From assembly GCF_018350175.1 (NCBI RefSeq), contig NC_058368.1, forward strand, positions 218,118,001 to 218,182,000: a DNA stretch of 64,000 nt. Direction: 5' to 3'. Within the stretch, counting starts at the first letter, position 1. Every line of letters starts with the position of its first letter. Below the pieces are notes generated by a model. It was not told the origin of the DNA. It saw only the letters and a program-made list of their open reading frames with translations, and made no database searches. Made by a program: the position numbers and the translations under genes. The stretch comes from Felis catus (taxonomy: Eukaryota). Positions 25,691 to 38,997 of the stretch are shown in pieces.

Positions 25691-27455
25691 AAAAGTTGAA
25701 GATTTTTAGTGATTTTCCATGTCTGGATAGATATCAGAGTTATTATAAATAATCGGAGTATGCAATCATATTTAATCAGCTTAGATAAGAGCATGAAACA
25801 TATTGACCAGAGTAATTCCTGTGAAACCCACATCCTGTCACTTTGTATGTATCTAGCTTGATCCAGTGGCACTTCTAGGAAGATGTCAGAGGAAACAGCT
25901 CGGAGGTAATACAGCAACAAATCTGTAACAATCTGTACCTTCAAGAACTTTCTAGCATTCCTCTTCATCTTCATTTGAGCATGTTCCTGTTTACAGACTC
26001 CACAAATAATGCCTAAGAAGCTCAAGTCCACGAGTATGGTTTGTGGTTTTCTTGCTAAGTGTCAGACCAGTGAAAGCCAGGTCACATGTTTTCTCATTTC
26101 ACGAGAACTTGGCCCTTTTTACAATGACATAACATTCCAAAAGATGTCTACATGGCTTCACATGGGGCCTGGATCATATTATACACAGGTAGGCATGGCT
26201 TTATATGACAAGTATACAATAAATCTGTTGATTTAATATATTATATTTTCAGGGAATTTGTATCAATTTAGTACATGCTGTAAAAGTGACATTATATGTT
26301 CAAAAGCTTTCTCAACTTCTAATATACTACAGATCTATGCTTTCAGGCCAAATAGAAGGTATTGTGTTCCTCAAAGTACTTTTTGTATTCAAATGGAGGA
26401 TTATTTTTCTTAAGTACTACATGACTAAAATTATTTTTAGAGAATTACCATAAGCCTCTAGGTTTCAAAAGGACTCATGTATTTCTGCTTTCAGTTCATT
26501 TCTTTCAACATCTAAGTTTTTCAAGTTAAAGGGTATTTTTTAAAGTATACTTTATTTTCTAGAGGCTCACACATTTTCTTTTTCCCCCAAGTACTATACA
26601 GATTCACAGGCATTTTTACATAATTTGCTAGTTTCTTCCATGTTGATGACAATTAGCCCTTATTATTCCCTATTGGGGTAATCAAATTTTGGCGAGTATA
26701 TTAGCTATCTACAATATTAAAATTATGTGAGTTTTTATATTATTTTCATTATACATTTGATTATTTATCCTAAAAATATAATCTATGGTTGTATTTGGCA
26801 TTCAATTAAATTCATTTCTGGTAACCTTCACCTATCTAGAGTTTTTCATTTCTTCTTTTTTATTATACCTGTTTCATTGCTGTACATTTTTCCTTGCAAA
26901 TGCCTCACCAGTTTTTGAAAACACTTTCTTTATAACTTAAAGAAAATTGCCAATTTTAGAGAATCTCTTAACCCAATATAACCTACTTGACCAATTATCC
27001 TTTTATATGTTTGTGACTATAATTTTCTTGTGATTATTACACACTGCCATTGAGAACAGTTCCTTGTTCACAAAACAACAAAAGAGCAGCGAAAAACATA
27101 AGGCCATAACTTCAACCATAAAGCAAAGTGAAATAATGGGATTTCCTAAAGACACTGGAGTTTAAAAGCAAAGTCAGAAAAAAATAGAATATGAAAATGA
27201 ATATACGGAGATTAAAGATGATGAAAAGTTACTTTTAAACTTCCCCACGGGAAATATCAAGATATTCATACTTTCTATTTTACTAATCAGTGTGAGCCTG
27301 CCTGTGGAAGAGACTAATGCATTCATAACTGAAGTTATTTGAAAGTTCTGTTTTTATCTCATTATTTGTGGGCAATTAAAAATTCCCTATAGAATTAGTT
27401 GTTTACAAAAAGAAACTTGAAAACCAACTTGAAAACAAAGGTACAGTGACATACT

Positions 27456-27457
<2 letters not shown>

Positions 27458-27493
<36 letters not shown>
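27458..27493 (+). repeat. (AC)18 microsatellite
   Basis: Direct reading. Confidence 0.98.
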
Positions 27494-27495
<2 letters not shown>

Positions 27496-27718
27496 TAGAC
27501 CTAAAAATGATACAGTGATTGTAAATACATGTTTTTCCTCTTATCTCAGGGTAGAGCTACTGGTAATGAAACTATGAATGTCAGTAGCTACTTCTACTCT
27601 CCTAGAAGTAAAACGTACCTCAATTAAGTATCTTTTGACATGCTATTTAAGGCCATTTGTGTGTACTTCTACACTTTACAAAGATACATTGATTAAATTC
27701 TTACATAAAAGGTATATT

Positions 27719-27921
27719 GGGGCACATGGATGGCTCAGTTGGTTGAGTATCTGACTTCGGATCAGGTCATGATCTCACAATTTGTGAGTTCAAGTCCCAC
27801 ATCAGGCTCTGTGCTGACAGCTCAGAGCCTGGAGCCTGTTTCTGATTCTGTGTCTCCCTCTCTACCTGCTCCTCCCCTGCTCACTATCTTTTTTCTCCTT
27901 CAAAAATAAACATTAAAAAAA
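27719..27921 (+). mobile_element. CanSINE (felid type)
   Basis: TSD aaagg(t/c)atatt. Confidence 0.97.
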
Positions 27922-28885
27922 TCTTTTAAAGGCATATTATTTTGTATGATATTTGAGTCAATTTCTTAACCTTGAAATCCATATGCTGATTTATCCTCAT
28001 CTCTGTGAGTCTGAAAGTTAGATTTGACAGAAAAATTAAACGCCATTAAATAGTGCCCTCATATTCCAGGAAGAGCTTGAATAAGCTAATTTGAGGTCAT
28101 GTTAAATTATAAATGCATGTAGTATTTCAGGATTAGTGAGAAGAAAGCCATAATGAGGAGAAAGCTACTTTTCAGCCAATGATGCAACATCAGGGGAGGA
28201 TACTGTCAGCTAATTACTAGGGAAATTTGTAGGGCAATATATTAAAATCGCAGTAGAATACACAGTGAAAGCACAGAGAAGCATACTATCATAATAAACG
28301 TGTACAGTCTTACTCATTCTATAAAATACAGTGATCCAGAAAAGTATCTTCTTTGCTCTTTCCCTTTAGGGATTTGTCTTCACTTATTTTCCCCTGGTGA
28401 TTCTCCCACTGATTCTTTCTCCCACTAGATGTCAGGCAAGAGGAAGGAGTAGTATTGACTCTGAAACCAAGACCTAGTTAATTTCTAAAGTGCTAAATTG
28501 ATGACTAAATGCAGCCAAACTGAATAGTGATCAGGCATATGGAAGATAAAATGCTCTGATAATTTGAACTAAATATTAATAACAGCAGCTGCAGGAGGAA
28601 CCATATTCTCTTATGATAATATCTGTCTTTATCTTTTTCTGGGAATTATTCCCTATTTAGAAAGCTTAGCTTCACTTTTTTCCTAAAATAACATGTGCAT
28701 CTCCTTTGTAGTACTCAACACAATTTTAAATCAATAATATTTTCAAGGTTGATTTAATGCACACCTCCCTACCAGCTCCCAAATATAAATCTTGTAAGAT
28801 AGGGGCCAAGTCAGTTTCGTTGATTTCTTCATCCACAGACTCAACATAATACATTGGGAGACAGAACACTTCAAAAAACTATGTT

Positions 28886-29085
28886 GGGGAGCCTGGCTCA
28901 GTCAGGTAAACGTCCGACTTCGGCTCAGGTCATGATTTCACAGTTCATGGGTTGGAGCCCCACATCAGGCTCTGTGCTGACAGCTCAGAGCCTAGAGCCT
29001 GTTTCAGATTCTTTGTCTCCCTCTCTGTCTGCCCCTCCCTTGCTCACACTCTCTCTCTCCCTCAAAAATATATAAACATTAAAAA
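28886..29085 (+). mobile_element. CanSINE (felid type)
   Basis: Head with small deletion, CT tract, A tail. Confidence 0.96.
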
Positions 29086-29104
29086 TGTTTTGAATTATGT
29101 ACTG

Positions 29105-29235
29105 ATCACTGATTAATGTATAGAATTATTGAATCACTATATTGTACACCTAAAACTGATATAACACTACGTGTTAACTATACCGGAAAATTAAAGAGTG
29201 ACTAAAAAAAAGGAGAGACTAAAAAAAAAAAAAAG
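29105..29235 (+). mobile_element. Carnivore L1 extreme 3' fragment
   Basis: gaatcactatattgtacacctaaaactgatataacactac..gttaactatac plus poly(A). Confidence 0.8.
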
Positions 29236-29559
29236 GAATAAAATTAATTAATTAATGGCATTGTAAAGCTATCCATGTCAAATAGAAATACAGTTTAGAT
29301 TCATTGTTGGGCTCAATTTATACCTTTCTCTTAACCAGTAAGACTCCTAAGAATGACATATGGAGACTTTACAGTCTTTTTATTAAGACTAGTTATAACA
29401 TTTTGGCTAAAATAGCCTCAAAAGGACACACATTAGTGACAATATTGATACATAATAGAAGATACCCACAAAAAGAAGGTAGGAATTAGAAGAGGTACTC
29501 TACATCAGAACACAGACATATGGGCTCTCTGAGCACAGGATTCCTATTTACCATATTCT

Positions 29560-29990
29560 AGTTCATCAGGTGGCATGCCAATTTCTCTGATGAGAACTTT
29601 ACAATTGCATGTGAGAAGATAACACTGTCCTTGCAGCTTCTTGCCCAGTTCTCCATTGAAATCTATCTTACTCATTCTTAATGGCTGTGAAGATTCTCTT
29701 ACTGATTACTTGGGGAACATCTACATATTACCTTCTCAATAAAGTGTTCCCCTATTTCCTAGGTGTATAATTGCTCAGTTCTCTCTGTTCCCATTTTGTA
29801 GCACATTTTGTAACCTCTGTAATTACATTTAGCAAATTTTATTGCAGCTTATCAGTTTCTATGCATTTTTCCCCTAACTATTGGATCTCCTCACAAAAGG
29901 GGGCATCTTTTTTTATCTATAGTACTTTTCAGAGTTGTGGACATGTTAGACTCTTAGTAAATTTGTCAAATAAAGTAATAAAGTACATTT
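29560..29990 (+). mobile_element. L2 3' relic
   Basis: Ends gacatgttagactcttagtaaatttgtcaaataaa; decayed. Confidence 0.4.
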
Positions 29991-31659
29991 AGGCTGAGGG
30001 AGAGATAAAGGGCTTCATCATTGAGAATAGGTATTGAAACAGTACAATCAATTATAAAGATTTAGTTCCATTAAATAATATAATTTAAGTATAGGACAAA
30101 AATCAGGTTTTAAGAACTGTATTCTTGTTTTACTTCTATGATCTTAGAGTTATTTACCTTCATAACATGTCTTATTTTGCTGGTTTCCAAGAATAATGTT
30201 CCTTTGCTTTACACTCTTATATTCCATTTTCCTTCGATGCCTTCACCACTCTACATCTAACATTTCTTCTTTAGGACTTTTTATTCTCTTTCAGAGTTCT
30301 CAACATTTAGACTATAATATACATGGTTGTCAATTATCAATCAGCAATGAAGTTAACATTAGTGAACTCTATATTTTCATCATGTTGCATTTCATACACA
30401 GAAAAGCAGGGCTATAATTCATTACAAAATATGAAGTTTAATGTGGATTATTTCTGCTTACAATAATCTAGCATTTCCTACACTGAGAAAATTCTATTAT
30501 GGTATCAAGTAAATGAAAGTAGAATTAAGAATTGAAGGAAAACTTCTGACAGAAGAAAGTAATAATTTTGTATGGTTTTTCTCAGTGCACTGATTAAATA
30601 AGCAACTATGACTTTCAGTAGAATGAGCATATGTTACCGAGTCAGGCATATCTATTATCCTCTGTGAAATGTATTTCAACATCTTGCCTTCACAGTTCAA
30701 CTACAACCACATATTGAAGTGGATGCTAGTCTTTCCCATTAAAATAAAAAACAAAACAAAACACACACACACACACACACAAAGCAATAACAAAGTATCT
30801 TTTTGTCACATACCTATTTTGCTACTAGCCTATTTCTTTCTTCTAAAGTTCTATACTCACAATTTCTCTTTCACAACTCTTAACGATGTATCATAATAAA
30901 CTACTGAACCTAAATTTCATCCCTGAAGTCCCTTTCACACTGATAAATTCAATGGGCATATCAGTTTTCATGTTTATATTATCTCAACATTGTTCTCCTG
31001 CACTAGAACTTTCTTCTCATTCTCTTTTGATGGCTTTTCATTGTGTGTGTGTATCTGTGTGTGTACATATAAGTTTTTAGGAATTATCTGTACTGTTTTC
31101 AACTCTATACAACAAACATAACTTTTAGCTTGTAAAAACTGCTCAATAAATGCTTATTGAGTGAACAAATAAAATTTTAAAATAATAAGTTAATGAACTG
31201 GAGGTACAAAGTTGCCTAGTGGAATAATCTTAATGGAAGTTAAACTTTATGTTTTTAGATGTAGTAAAGGGAGAGATGTCTTCTATAATGAAAAACTGTT
31301 ACAAAAACTTACATTTGACTATTAAATACTTAAAATGTACAATTATTTCAATTTGTAGACCTCAAGGTACTTACAGAACATGAAGGTAGAAGTTCAAAAA
31401 TGTTTGTAAATTAATCATAAGAAAGCACAGCTTAGGAAATAATGAGAGGTAGTTTATACATCCATTGTCTTAGATTTGGCAGCCATACTCCACTGTATAG
31501 TGGGGTAGGGGGTTGTGTGTGTATACATGTATGTTTCTGGTAAGTTTCAGTTATTCAGATTATATATTACTTAAGGTAAAAATGTTTACACATGGTCTTG
31601 CTTGCATGCAGTTTCGCCTATCTACATCAGATTCTCAATGGTCTTTAAATGGCTAAAGA

Positions 31660-31870
31660 AAGTAAATCCTATTAATTATTAGCACCGTGCTCTATCCTAA
31701 TGAGTTTACCGACCCCAAACATTCTGTTTATATTCTCACACAGAAAATGGGGAAACTGAGACATTAGAATCATGTCACATGTTTATGGTATTTTCTCACA
31801 ATTAGCATGTCCATTGTTGAACTAAAATTAGCAACAGGTATTTCAGAATGAAATTTTATTCACACCTAAA
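31660..31870 (-). mobile_element. MIR relic
   Basis: acagaaaatggggaaactgagaca..aga core. Confidence 0.5.
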
Positions 31871-32619
31871 ATATCTTCTATCATTTATTGCCTGTCTTCT
31901 ATAAAATAATTAAGGCTATAGTCTTATGAATGTGCTTTATAAGTAAATGATTTTATTTTTCCATGAATACTCTCTAAATGTCTGTATTGATACTATTATT
32001 TACTCACAACTCTCTACAAAATAATGAAAATAAAAACAGCAGGTTACATAATGGTAACCTAACATTTTAACAGGTAAAAAATATTTCACCAAAGTGGCAT
32101 TATATAGTTGAGGAGCTGAACACAAGTGTCACCCCTCAAAATGCATTGATGATGTTTATTTAGGAACGGAAGTTTAGAATTATAGCAGATATTCACAAGA
32201 CGTAGTCTCTGCGTATGAAGGAAAAATTAGGATAAGTCTTGATATCTGTATAATATAGAGCAAACATTCTGATTTTAAATAGTGATACCAAGATCAAGGG
32301 CTCAGTGGGAAATGGAGACTAATGATGGAGTATATGGAATTATTGATGAGCTATATAAAATAAGAAATAATAAGTAGTTTTATAAAAACATTTAACACTT
32401 AACAAACATTAATAAGAATAATTTATATCAAGAATTCTTCTAGGAATCAGGATGTGAGAGATGAATAAAGTCCTTTCTGATATGGGACTTACATTACAAT
32501 CTGGGAGTTAGAAAACAGTGTATATAGGAAATAGAATATTATATCTCATTTTATTACAGACCTGAATGAAGTGAGACTGAGAAACAAGTAACAATACTGG
32601 GAGAATATTAATTTCATGC

Positions 32620-33495
32620 AGCTGCACATATAATAGCCAAAAACATGGAATTTGGAAACAACCCAAATGTCCTTTAACAGTGAATGGATAAACAGACAAG
32701 GAACTACTACTCAGGAACAAAAAGAAACAAACAATTGATAGATACATAAATGTTAAATGGATTTCAAGGGCATCTTGCTGAGTGAAGAAAAATTCAATCC
32801 CAGAGAGTTACATAGTAAATAATTAGATTCAGGTAACATTCTCAAAGACAGAAGAAAATTACAATGGCGGTCATAGATAAGCAGGTACCAGGGTTTAGGA
32901 TTGGTGGAAAGGTTTGACAAGGGCTTAGCAGGGGGGATTTCTTTGTGGTGATGGAACATTCTGTATCCTGACTGAGGTGACAGTTATTGAAACATATTTT
33001 ACTCATGTGATAAAACATCACAGTTATTCGCTGGCCAAATCCTTCCCACTCCCCAAGACAGTACATGTAAAATCTGCCAAAATCCAAGTTAAGTTATGCA
33101 GCCCAGTTAACAAGTACACTAACAGGGACAACTGGGTGGCTCTGTCAGTTAAGTGTCTGACCCTTGATTTGGGCTCAGGTCATGATCTCACAGTTTGTGG
33201 GATCGAGCCCCACATCGGGCTCTGCACTGACAGCACAGGAGCTGCTTGGGATTCTCTCTCTCCCTCTCTTTCTGCCCCTCCCTGCTTGCTCTTGTGCTCG
33301 CTCTCTCTCTCTCTCTCTCCCCCCCTTTCAAAATAAATAAATAAACATTTAAAAAAACAGTACACTAACATAAATTCTCTGAGTGCTGGCAATGTCTTGT
33401 GGTTATATAATATATTTTCCTTGGGTACACATGAACTCTTTGTTCTACTTTTGCAACTGTTTCTGTAAAACAAACTATTTCAAAATTAAAATACT
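32620..33495 (+). mobile_element. Old L1 3' region (L1MC/L1MD-like), interrupted by a SINE
   Basis: taatagccaaaaac..tggaaacaacccaaatgtccttt..gaatggataaac; tgatggaacattctgtatcctgactg; gggtacacatgaactct...aactatttcaaaattaaaa. Confidence 0.8.
33125..33357 (+). mobile_element. CanSINE
   Basis: TSD agtacactaaca. Confidence 0.97.
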
Positions 33496-33902
33496 GGGAA
33501 AAATCAACTGTTAGATTTCTAGATGTGAACAAATATGGCAAGCTAGAGGAAACCGTTAAATGTGTACTTCCCACCAAGAGGATTATGTGCATCTTTGTAA
33601 AATAAATGAAAGTAAACAGCAAATAATCAAATACAATTAAAGTGAGATAATCGAGGGAAACATACAGAAAAAAAGGCTAGAGGTAGCCAGAGTTCCATGA
33701 CCATTCAAATTTTATTTTAATTTTTATGGGAAAACTTTAGGGTGTTTGAAACAGAAAAGTAAACTGAATTAATTTATACTTTACAAAACAGCCAGGAAGA
33801 TCTTCCTCTGAGACTGGCATTATTCACCATTGCACCAGTGACTTTAGCCAGTGCAATAGGTGAATAAGAAGAAAAAAAAGGTATAAGAAATTTTAAAAGG
33901 AT

Positions 33903-34059
33903 GGGCGCCCGGATGGCTCAAGAGGTTAAGTGTCCAATTCCTGATTTCAGCTCAGGTCATGATCTCACAGTTCGTGAAACTGTGCTGACAGCACAGAGCC
34001 TGCTCTGGATTCTCTCTTTCCTTCTCTCTCTCTTTCTGCCCCTACCTTGTTCACGGGTG

Positions 34060-34119
<60 letters not shown>

Positions 34120-34140
34120 AATAAACTTATAAAAAAGAAA
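33903..34140 (+). mobile_element. CanSINE with long (CT)n
   Basis: TSD aagaaattt(t/a)aaaagga. Confidence 0.96.
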
Positions 34141-34994
34141 TTTAAAAAGGAATTGTTATGGGTGATGGTATGATCTAGTCTATAAAAACCATAGAGACCT
34201 CAAGTAAGTGTCATCCAATTTAAGTGGATCCAAAAGTTTACTGTTTGCAAGGCCATTGATACAATCAATGCATTTCTATATTTCAGTGATACAAAACATG
34301 ATTTTTAGAAATGATATAACACAAATAAATGAAAAATATCAAATGCTCAGTAAAAATTCTAATAGATATGCCAGGCTCTGTACAGAAATTTATTAGACAT
34401 TACTATAAGACATTAATGAAGACCTAAATCAATTTATAGTTGCTTAAAGTATTATAAGTCTTATCATTGTAAACATTTAAGTTTTTCTCAAATTTGTCTA
34501 CTGATTCAATTTAATTCCAATCATAACCCCATCAAAAAAAATTAACAGATTTTGAATATCTGGTTCTAAAATTTATATGGACTGTATTCCTCCATGAAGA
34601 GCTGAAATATTCTCCAAAAAGAAAAAAAATAGAGGATTTACTCTATTAAGATGTTATTAAAGCTGTAACAATAAAATAATGTGGTTTTGTCACAAGGATA
34701 CACTTACAGCCCAAGACATGCTAGAGAGACTAACAGTAGGCTAATCTTTATAAAAATGTCATTTCAGAACTGCATAAGCAAGCCAGTCTTTACAAAAATG
34801 CTAATTATTAAATGGAAACACCCATATAAAAATGCAAATAAAAACTTGATCCCTACCTTAGCCGTTCACAGTAATCAGATATAGGTAGAATTTATATCTA
34901 AAAAAGAATGTTAAAAAATGAAGATTATATGAGAATATATATGAGAATATTTTTCACTATTTCATGAAATATATTTCATTATTAACCCAAACTT

Positions 34995-35095
34995 TTGACA
35001 TATGAGTCTGCCATTTCTGCCCCTAAAATGAGGAAGTAGATTAACCTCTTATCCCCTCTGGACTTTGGTTTTGCCAATCTTTTTATTTATGTATG

Positions 35096-35126
<31 letters not shown>

Positions 35127-35470
35127 CTAAAATAAACCAGAAATGACAAGGTGCCATTTGGAAGCTCAGGATTTAGGAAGCTTTGAGGGTTTCATCATTC
35201 ACTTTGGTCTTGACAAGAAGAACATGCACCAGCGAGCCCTCCAGTCCTAGGAGGAAGACGAGAGGCACTTGGAGGGCCATTCCAACTGAGCTGAAGCCCG
35301 AAGCAGAGGCAGTACAGCAGCAGCACATGTTGTTCAGTGAGAAGCAGAGTCACCCTACCAATACCAACCTTCCTGCATACTTGTCATGAAAAATTAAATA
35401 TTGTTGTTTGAGGCCACTGAATACTGGGATGCTATGATACGGAGCATTACTTTCAGAATGGGTAAACTAT
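34995..35470 (+). mobile_element. MLT1F/G/H-like MaLR LTR containing (TATG)n at 35088-35125
   Basis: cagaaatgacaaggtgccatttggaagc, ccagtcctaggagga, ttgttgtttgaggccactgaa..tgggatgct. Confidence 0.65.
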
Positions 35471-35586
35471 GAATTTGGGGGAAAAATATTTTTAAATAGA
35501 AATCAACACTCCACATAAAGAAAAATATTAAAAATTGAGCTACATTAAAATTAACAACTTTTGTGATCAAAAATCATCCTGAGAGT

Positions 35587-35780
35587 GGAGTGCCTGGGTG
35601 CTGGCTCAGTCAGTTAAGTGTCTGACTTTGGCTCAGGTCATGATCTCACAGTTTGTGAGTTCGAGCCCCACATCGGAGCTTGGAGTCTGCTTCGGATTCT
35701 GTGTCTCCCTCTCTGTCTGCCCCTCCCCTACTCACATTGTGTCTATCTCTCTCAAAAACAAACATTAAGAAAAATTAAAA
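35587..35780 (+). mobile_element. CanSINE
   Basis: TSD aaaa(t/c)catc(c/a)tgagagt. Confidence 0.95.
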
Positions 35781-36651
35781 ACCATCATGAGAGTAAAACT
35801 GAAAGGGGATCTTCTTTTTTCCAGAAAACATGATAAACTTTTACAAATCAATAGGAAAAAAAGACATTAAAATAGGATAGCAGGCAAGAGATTTTTAGAT
35901 GCTTCATTAAACAGTATATCCAAATGACCAATAAACATTTGACAAGATGCTTCATCTTATTATCAGCTGCAGTGATATAAGTTAAAAACAAATTAATGGA
36001 AATTCATGATTCATTAATGAAAATTAAGAAAAATATGAGATACTATTACACACCACACAATTAACAAACTATAAAGGCCTGAAAAGAACAGGTGTTGGAT
36101 GTGAGGCAACTGGAACTCTCATATGTTGCTTGTGGTATTATAGATCAGTAGGGCAACCTGGAAAAATCATTTGGCATTTTCTAGTAAATTTGTTAATATA
36201 GGCACTCAAGACTGATAATTGTACTCATAGGTATACATGAGTGTTCATGAATACTGAAATACCACAAAAATGTCCATCAGAGAAGCATGGTTTTATAATG
36301 GCAGATAGACGGAAACAGACCAAATGTTCACCAAGAGTGTAGTGACAGAAAATAAAAGAAATATACTCAGCAAGGATGGCTATTATGAGATAATGTTGGA
36401 AAAAGAAGCCACGCAAAGCACACACATTTTATCATTCATTTTACGTTAAACCAGACAAAAGTACCACAGTGTTAGATGGCAAGACAGCAGTTCTCACCAT
36501 GGGATAGGGAAGGTGTAGTTATTGGGATGAAAGCTAGGGTAGCTTCTACAACATGGCTAACACTCTATTTCTTGACCTCCACCGTTGTCATGGGTGTCCT
36601 CAAACTGTGAAGTTCTTTCAGTTGCTCATTTAAAAACCGTATTTTTATGCA

Positions 36652-36844
36652 TTTTTTTAAAGTTTATTTTGAGAGAGAGAAAAAAAGAGAGAGGGGGAGG
36701 GGCAGAGAGAGAGGAAGAGACAGAATCCCAACCAGGCTCCTTGCTGTCAGCACAGAGCCTGACGTAGGGCTCAAACCCATGAACCATGAAATCATGACCT
36801 GAGCCAAAACCAAGAGTCGGACGACTGAGCCACCCAGGTGCCCC
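36652..36844 (-). mobile_element. CanSINE
   Basis: Reverse-complement SINE; decayed TSD beginning aaaacc. Confidence 0.95.
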
Positions 36845-37245
36845 AAAACCATGTGTTTTTGAGATTATTATGCTTTGGTGAAAATTTACTTATAATGTTC
36901 GATACAGAAGAGACTATAGTCAGTCTTAGGTGGAGTCAGAAATGCCAGTCAAGTGGCTGGTTGGGATTAGGTTATAAGTAGCAACGAGTTGCAGTAGGAC
37001 GGTATGGATGCAATTAACCCAAGGTTGGCTTATGATTATGATAAACATGAACCTAATGTTATATTTATCAAAATTAATGATTTTGTCACAGCCCATGACA
37101 ACTCCACCAAAATGCTCTTTTGATTCATATATTTGGGCCTATCTTTGGTTTGAGATTTAACAGAAAATGTTTCTTCCAAGCAGTGTAAATACAGAGACTG
37201 CTACACAACAGAAGTTATTTTGATTTTAGAACATCATCACTTTTT

Positions 37246-37452
37246 GGGGGCACCTGGGTAGCTCTGTCAGTTAAGCAGCTGACTTCAGCTCAGGTCATGA
37301 TCTCACAGTTCGTGGGTTCAAGCCCCACATCAGGCTCTGTGCTGACAGCTCGGAGCCTGGAGCCTGCTTCTGATTCTGTGTCTCCCTCTCTCTCTGCCCC
37401 TCCCCTGCTCACACTCTGTCTCTCTCTCTCAAAAATAAATGTAAAAAAAAAA
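37246..37452 (+). mobile_element. CanSINE (felid type)
   Basis: TSD ttagaa(c/t)atcatcactttt. Confidence 0.97.
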
Positions 37453-37832
37453 TTAGAATATCATCACTTTTAGACATTAATTAATGGAACTGATTAGCAG
37501 GCTTTTTGACTACTCCACATTTTTTGGACAATCTGGCACACCATAAATCCATAAAAAACATTTATTTATAATAAATTATATTGACAGATTATGTACTGTT
37601 AAAACTTTTTATAAATAAAGACCTTCCATTAACATTCCACTAGTAAATACACTCAGAATGTTTATCAGGAATTCTGATACATTATGACTTTGTCAAGATT
37701 TGACTTATATTATTTCTTCTTCTAAGACATCTGTGATGCAGTAGAAACGAGTATCAATCAATCAATCAAAAATTCACCCATTTGGAACAAAACACTTCAA
37801 GCAACTTATGATTTACAAGAAATATTAAACCA

Positions 37833-38020
37833 GGGGTGCCTGGGTAGCTCATTTGGTTAAATGTCCGACTCTTGATCTTGGCTCAGGTCATGATCTCACT
37901 GTCATGAGATCAAGCCCCTCGTCTGGAACAATGCTGGCATAGGGCCCGCTTAACATTCACCCTCCCTACCCCACCCCCACTTCCCTGTTTGCAGTCTCTC
38001 ATTCACACAAAAAAGAAAAG
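37833..38020 (+). mobile_element. CanSINE (older)
   Basis: TSD aagaaatattaaa. Confidence 0.9.
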
Positions 38021-38360
38021 AAATATTAAAACAAAAATAAATGAAGGATAATGAAGAAACAACATATGAAATATGAGATGCAGTCACACTTTGCTCAGAG
38101 GATACTTCATAGCCTTTAGTGCATATATTTATATCAAAACACAGTAGAAATTCATTGAGTGAATATACCATCTCAAGATGCCAGAAAAAAAATAAAATTC
38201 AAAAATTCAGAATGGAGGAAATAATATAAAATAATAAAACTTAATGATTAAAACAAGTATAATAGTTCTTTGAAAATATTATAAACTTTGGTTAATTCTT
38301 CCACAAAAATGATGAAGAAAAGTAAAAAATACAAAGCACCAGTATCAGCAATGTAAAGGG

Positions 38361-38404
38361 ATATGCATATAGTAAAAGACTAATATGCATAGAGTAAAAG
38401 ACTA
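38361..38404 (+). repeat. 22-bp tandem duplication
   Basis: atatgcata(t/g)agtaaaagacta x2. Confidence 0.9.
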
Positions 38405-38889
38405 ATTAAGTGAGTTTGAGTCAATAAGGTCAATTCTTAGTAAATGGAAAATTATTTTTAAATAAAATTATAAAAACCGTTACACAGAGCTATAGAAATC
38501 TAAGAGGCTGTAAATATCTTGAGAACCAATCAATTTGGTCATAATTGTGTTGCACTTGAAATATACATTTATATGAAAGAAAGATAATTAGAAACACATC
38601 TTGTAAAAAGAGAGCAAAGCAGTAAACTTCTTGTACCAGAAATTTTATGAGACGATTTTTTCAATCTGGTTGAAATTATGAGTAAGGTATCTTTTAAAAT
38701 GGAAGTGAAAAAGATTTTGTAGATATGGTGGCATTTTCTGGAAGAAAAAAATAAAAACCTGTCCTTTCTCATGGCTTAATATAACTTGTTTCTATACTAA
38801 GAAATGCAAAAGTTTTTAAGTGACACACATTCATTTTTAAAACGTTTTATGAACATCTACAAACTGCTCATCCTCCAATTACTATTTTT

Positions 38890-38997
38890 TGCACTTTATA
38901 GGGAAAGTGCTATATTCTGAAATACTTAGGCCCTGTGTTAAACTGCATTTATAGGGAAAGTGCTATATTCTGAAATACTTAGGCCCTGTGTGAAACT
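38890..38997 (+). repeat. 53-bp tandem duplication
   Basis: tttatagggaaagtgctatattctgaaatacttaggccctgtgt(t/g)aaact x2. Confidence 0.97.

Larger units (their letters stand above)
33805..36890 (+). mobile_element. Highly decayed old L1 (ORF2 3' half and 3'UTR), split by SINEs and an LTR
   Basis: ttagccagtgcaatagg, gaagacctaaat, atatccaaatgaccaataaacat, gcaactggaactctcatatgttgct: collinear L1 ORF2 motifs. Confidence 0.75.

Noticed and set aside
25543..26031. Longest non-L1 ORF (162 aa, minus strand)
   Set aside because: Runs through a SINE tail and CT tract (FFFLIFKFF..ERERRER); no recognisable domain or convincing splice context
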